A stretch of 64,000 nucleotides of DNA from Alphaproteobacteria bacterium (lineage in GTDB: Bacteria > Pseudomonadota > Alphaproteobacteria > UBA828). The notes beneath the pieces are model-generated. The model was not told where the DNA came from, did not search any database, and was given only the letters and a program-made list of their open reading frames with translations. Made by a program: the position numbers and the translations under genes. The DNA is taken from assembly GCA_965237415.1 (NCBI GenBank), contig CBDEFM010000001.1, forward strand, positions 512,001 through 576,000. The letters run 5' to 3'. Positions 62,509 to 64,000 of this stretch are shown here, one piece after another. Numbering within the stretch: the first letter of the stretch is position 1; the number at the start of each line of letters is the position of its first letter.

Positions 62509-64000
62509 GGCCCGGCAGTTATCCGCGCGTCGTCGCGCCAGTCAACGGCGGTCCCCGCGCCAGCCCGCTCCGAACCGTCTTTCGTGCCTGCCAGCCACTC
62601 GTCCAGCCTGGACCAGCGCCGGCGTCCCGCGGCGTTGCGCACCGCGATGGCGACTGCCTTCTTCTGGCCCACCAGCACTACCAGCCGCTTGCCGCGCGTG
62701 ACCCCGGTATAGAGCAGGTTCCGCCGCAGCATGGCGTAGTGCTGGGTCAGCACCGGAATAACTACAGCGGGATACTCCGAGCCCTGGCTCTTGTGGACCG
62801 TCGCCGCATAGGCCGGCACCAGCGTATCCAGCTCGCCGAAGCCGTACACGAGATCGCGCACTTCGAAGTGCGCGGTTAGTTCCCCGGACTCAGGATCCAC
62901 ATCCACGATCCGCCCGATGTCGCCGTTGTAGACCTCCTTGTCGTAGTCGTTCTCGATCTGCATGACCTTGTCGCCCGGCGCGAAGGTCCAGCCGAAGCGC
63001 TCGACCTTCCGTTCGCCCGCCGGGTTGAGCGCCGCCTGCAACTCGATGTTGAGCGAGCGGGCGCCTGCCCCGCCCCGGTTCATCGGGCACAGCACCTGGA
63101 TGTCCCGCATGGCATCGAAGCCGAAGCGCCGCGGAATGCGGGTCTTCACCAGCTCCACGATCCGGGCCGCCGCCGTCTCGGGGTCCTCCGCCGGCACGAA
63201 GTAGAAGTCGCTCTCGCCCTCGGGCCGGGAGAGGTCGGGGGTTGCACCCCGGTTGATGCCGTGGGCGGCGGTGACGATCCGGCTCCGGGCCGCCTGGCGG
63301 AACACCTCGGTCAGGCGCACCACCGGCACCGCACCGGAGGCGATGATGTCGGCCAACACCTGGCCCGGCCCCACCGAGGGCAGCTGGTCGACGTCGCCCA
63401 CGATCAGCAGCGCGGCTTCGTCGGGAACCGCCGCCATCAGTGCCCGCATCAGCATGACGTCGACCATCGACGTCTCGTCGATCACCAGCAGGTCGCAATC
63501 GAGCGGGTTCTCGCCATTGCGCCGGAACCCGCCCTTCGCAGGATCGACCTCGAGCAGGCGGTGGATCGTCTTCGCCTCGAACCCGGTGGCCTCGCTCATC
63601 CGCTTCGCCGCCCGCCCGGTCGGCGCGCACAGCAGGATATCGACGCCCTTGGCGGACAGGATGCTCAGGATCGAGTTGACGATCGTCGTCTTGCCGACCC
63701 CGGGCCCGCCGGTAATCACCGAGACCTTCGAGCAGAGCGCCGCCTTGACGGCGTCCGCCTGGCCGGGCGCAAGGGTGAGCCCGGTCTTCCGCTCTACCCA
63801 GGGCAGGGCCTTGTCCGGATCGATATCGGGCCAGGGGAGCTTGCCGGCCGCGATCTCGATCAGCCGCCCGGAGATCGCCCGCTCCGCGCGATAAAGGCCG
63901 CCCAGGAATATGCAGGGGATATCCTCGACAGTGTCGGCAACCACGGTGCCTTCGGCGAGTTCCAGATCCAGCGCGGTGCGGATCAGATCGTCGGGAACCT
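62505..64000 (-). CDS. recD2: RecD2-like ATP-dependent DNA helicase (5' part outside window)
   Basis: GGPGVGKT, APTGRAAKR, DETSM, GDVDQLPSVG, HKSQGSE, YTGVTR. Confidence 0.92.
   Translation of the reverse strand, partial: VPDDLIRTALDLELAEGTVVADTVEDIPCIFLGGLYRAERAISGRLIEIAAGKLPWPDIDPDKALPWVERKTGLTLAPGQADAVKAALCSKVSVITGGPGVGKTTIVNSILSILSAKGVDILLCAPTGRAAKRMSEATGFEAKTIHRLLEVDPAKGGFRRNGENPLDCDLLVIDETSMVDVMLMRALMAAVPDEAALLIVGDVDQLPSVGPGQVLADIIASGAVPVVRLTEVFRQAARSRIVTAAHGINRGATPDLSRPEGESDFYFVPAEDPETAAARIVELVKTRIPRRFGFDAMRDIQVLCPMNRGGAGARSLNIELQAALNPAGERKVERFGWTFAPGDKVMQIENDYDKEVYNGDIGRIVDVDPESGELTAHFEVRDLVYGFGELDTLVPAYAATVHKSQGSEYPAVVIPVLTQHYAMLRRNLLYTGVTRGKRLVVLVGQKKAVAIAVRNAAGRRRWSRLDEWLAGTKDGSERAGAGTAVDWRDDARITAGP

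Larger units (their letters stand above)
22975..64000. mobile_element. tRNA-Arg-anchored genomic island (prophage remnant plus integrase/defence accretion region), continuing past the window
   Basis: tRNA 3' fragment at the left edge; housekeeping genes stop; phage, integrase, IS and defence-type genes with patchy GC content. Confidence 0.75.

Overview
GC-rich alphaproteobacterial-type chromosome segment. Bases 1-22.9 kb are mostly housekeeping and metabolic genes: rhomboid, a core-type methionine synthase, gatCAB, a CoA-transferase, clpS-clpA, ndk, tadA, a PIN toxin pair, leucine-catabolism genes, an amide/urea-type ABC transporter without ATPases, TetR and two SDRs. At 22975-23026 a 52-nt 3' fragment of tRNA-Arg(TCT) marks the edge of a genomic island that runs past the window end. 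The island begins with a decayed prophage replication module (frameshifted DnaB, an initiator gene with internal iterons, an Acb2/Tad1-like ORF). Two intact tandem tyrosine integrases follow, and then an array of defence-type cargo genes: RecD-like helicase-nuclease, DUF4427-like, Schlafen/AlbA, a PLD-like pair, DUF2971, AbiE, HNH and an HsdR_N-ATPase. The most notable pattern is that the cargo is punctuated by at least seven integrase-gene fragments, and most of them start or stop at the codons for the catalytic HDLRHS motif. Two of them continue into the same conserved non-coding arm. I infer an accretion system whose recombination site lies inside the integrase gene itself. An intact IS66-like element carrying a DUF4338 gene sits in one of these junctions. 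Family assignments come from motif recognition only; no database search was run.
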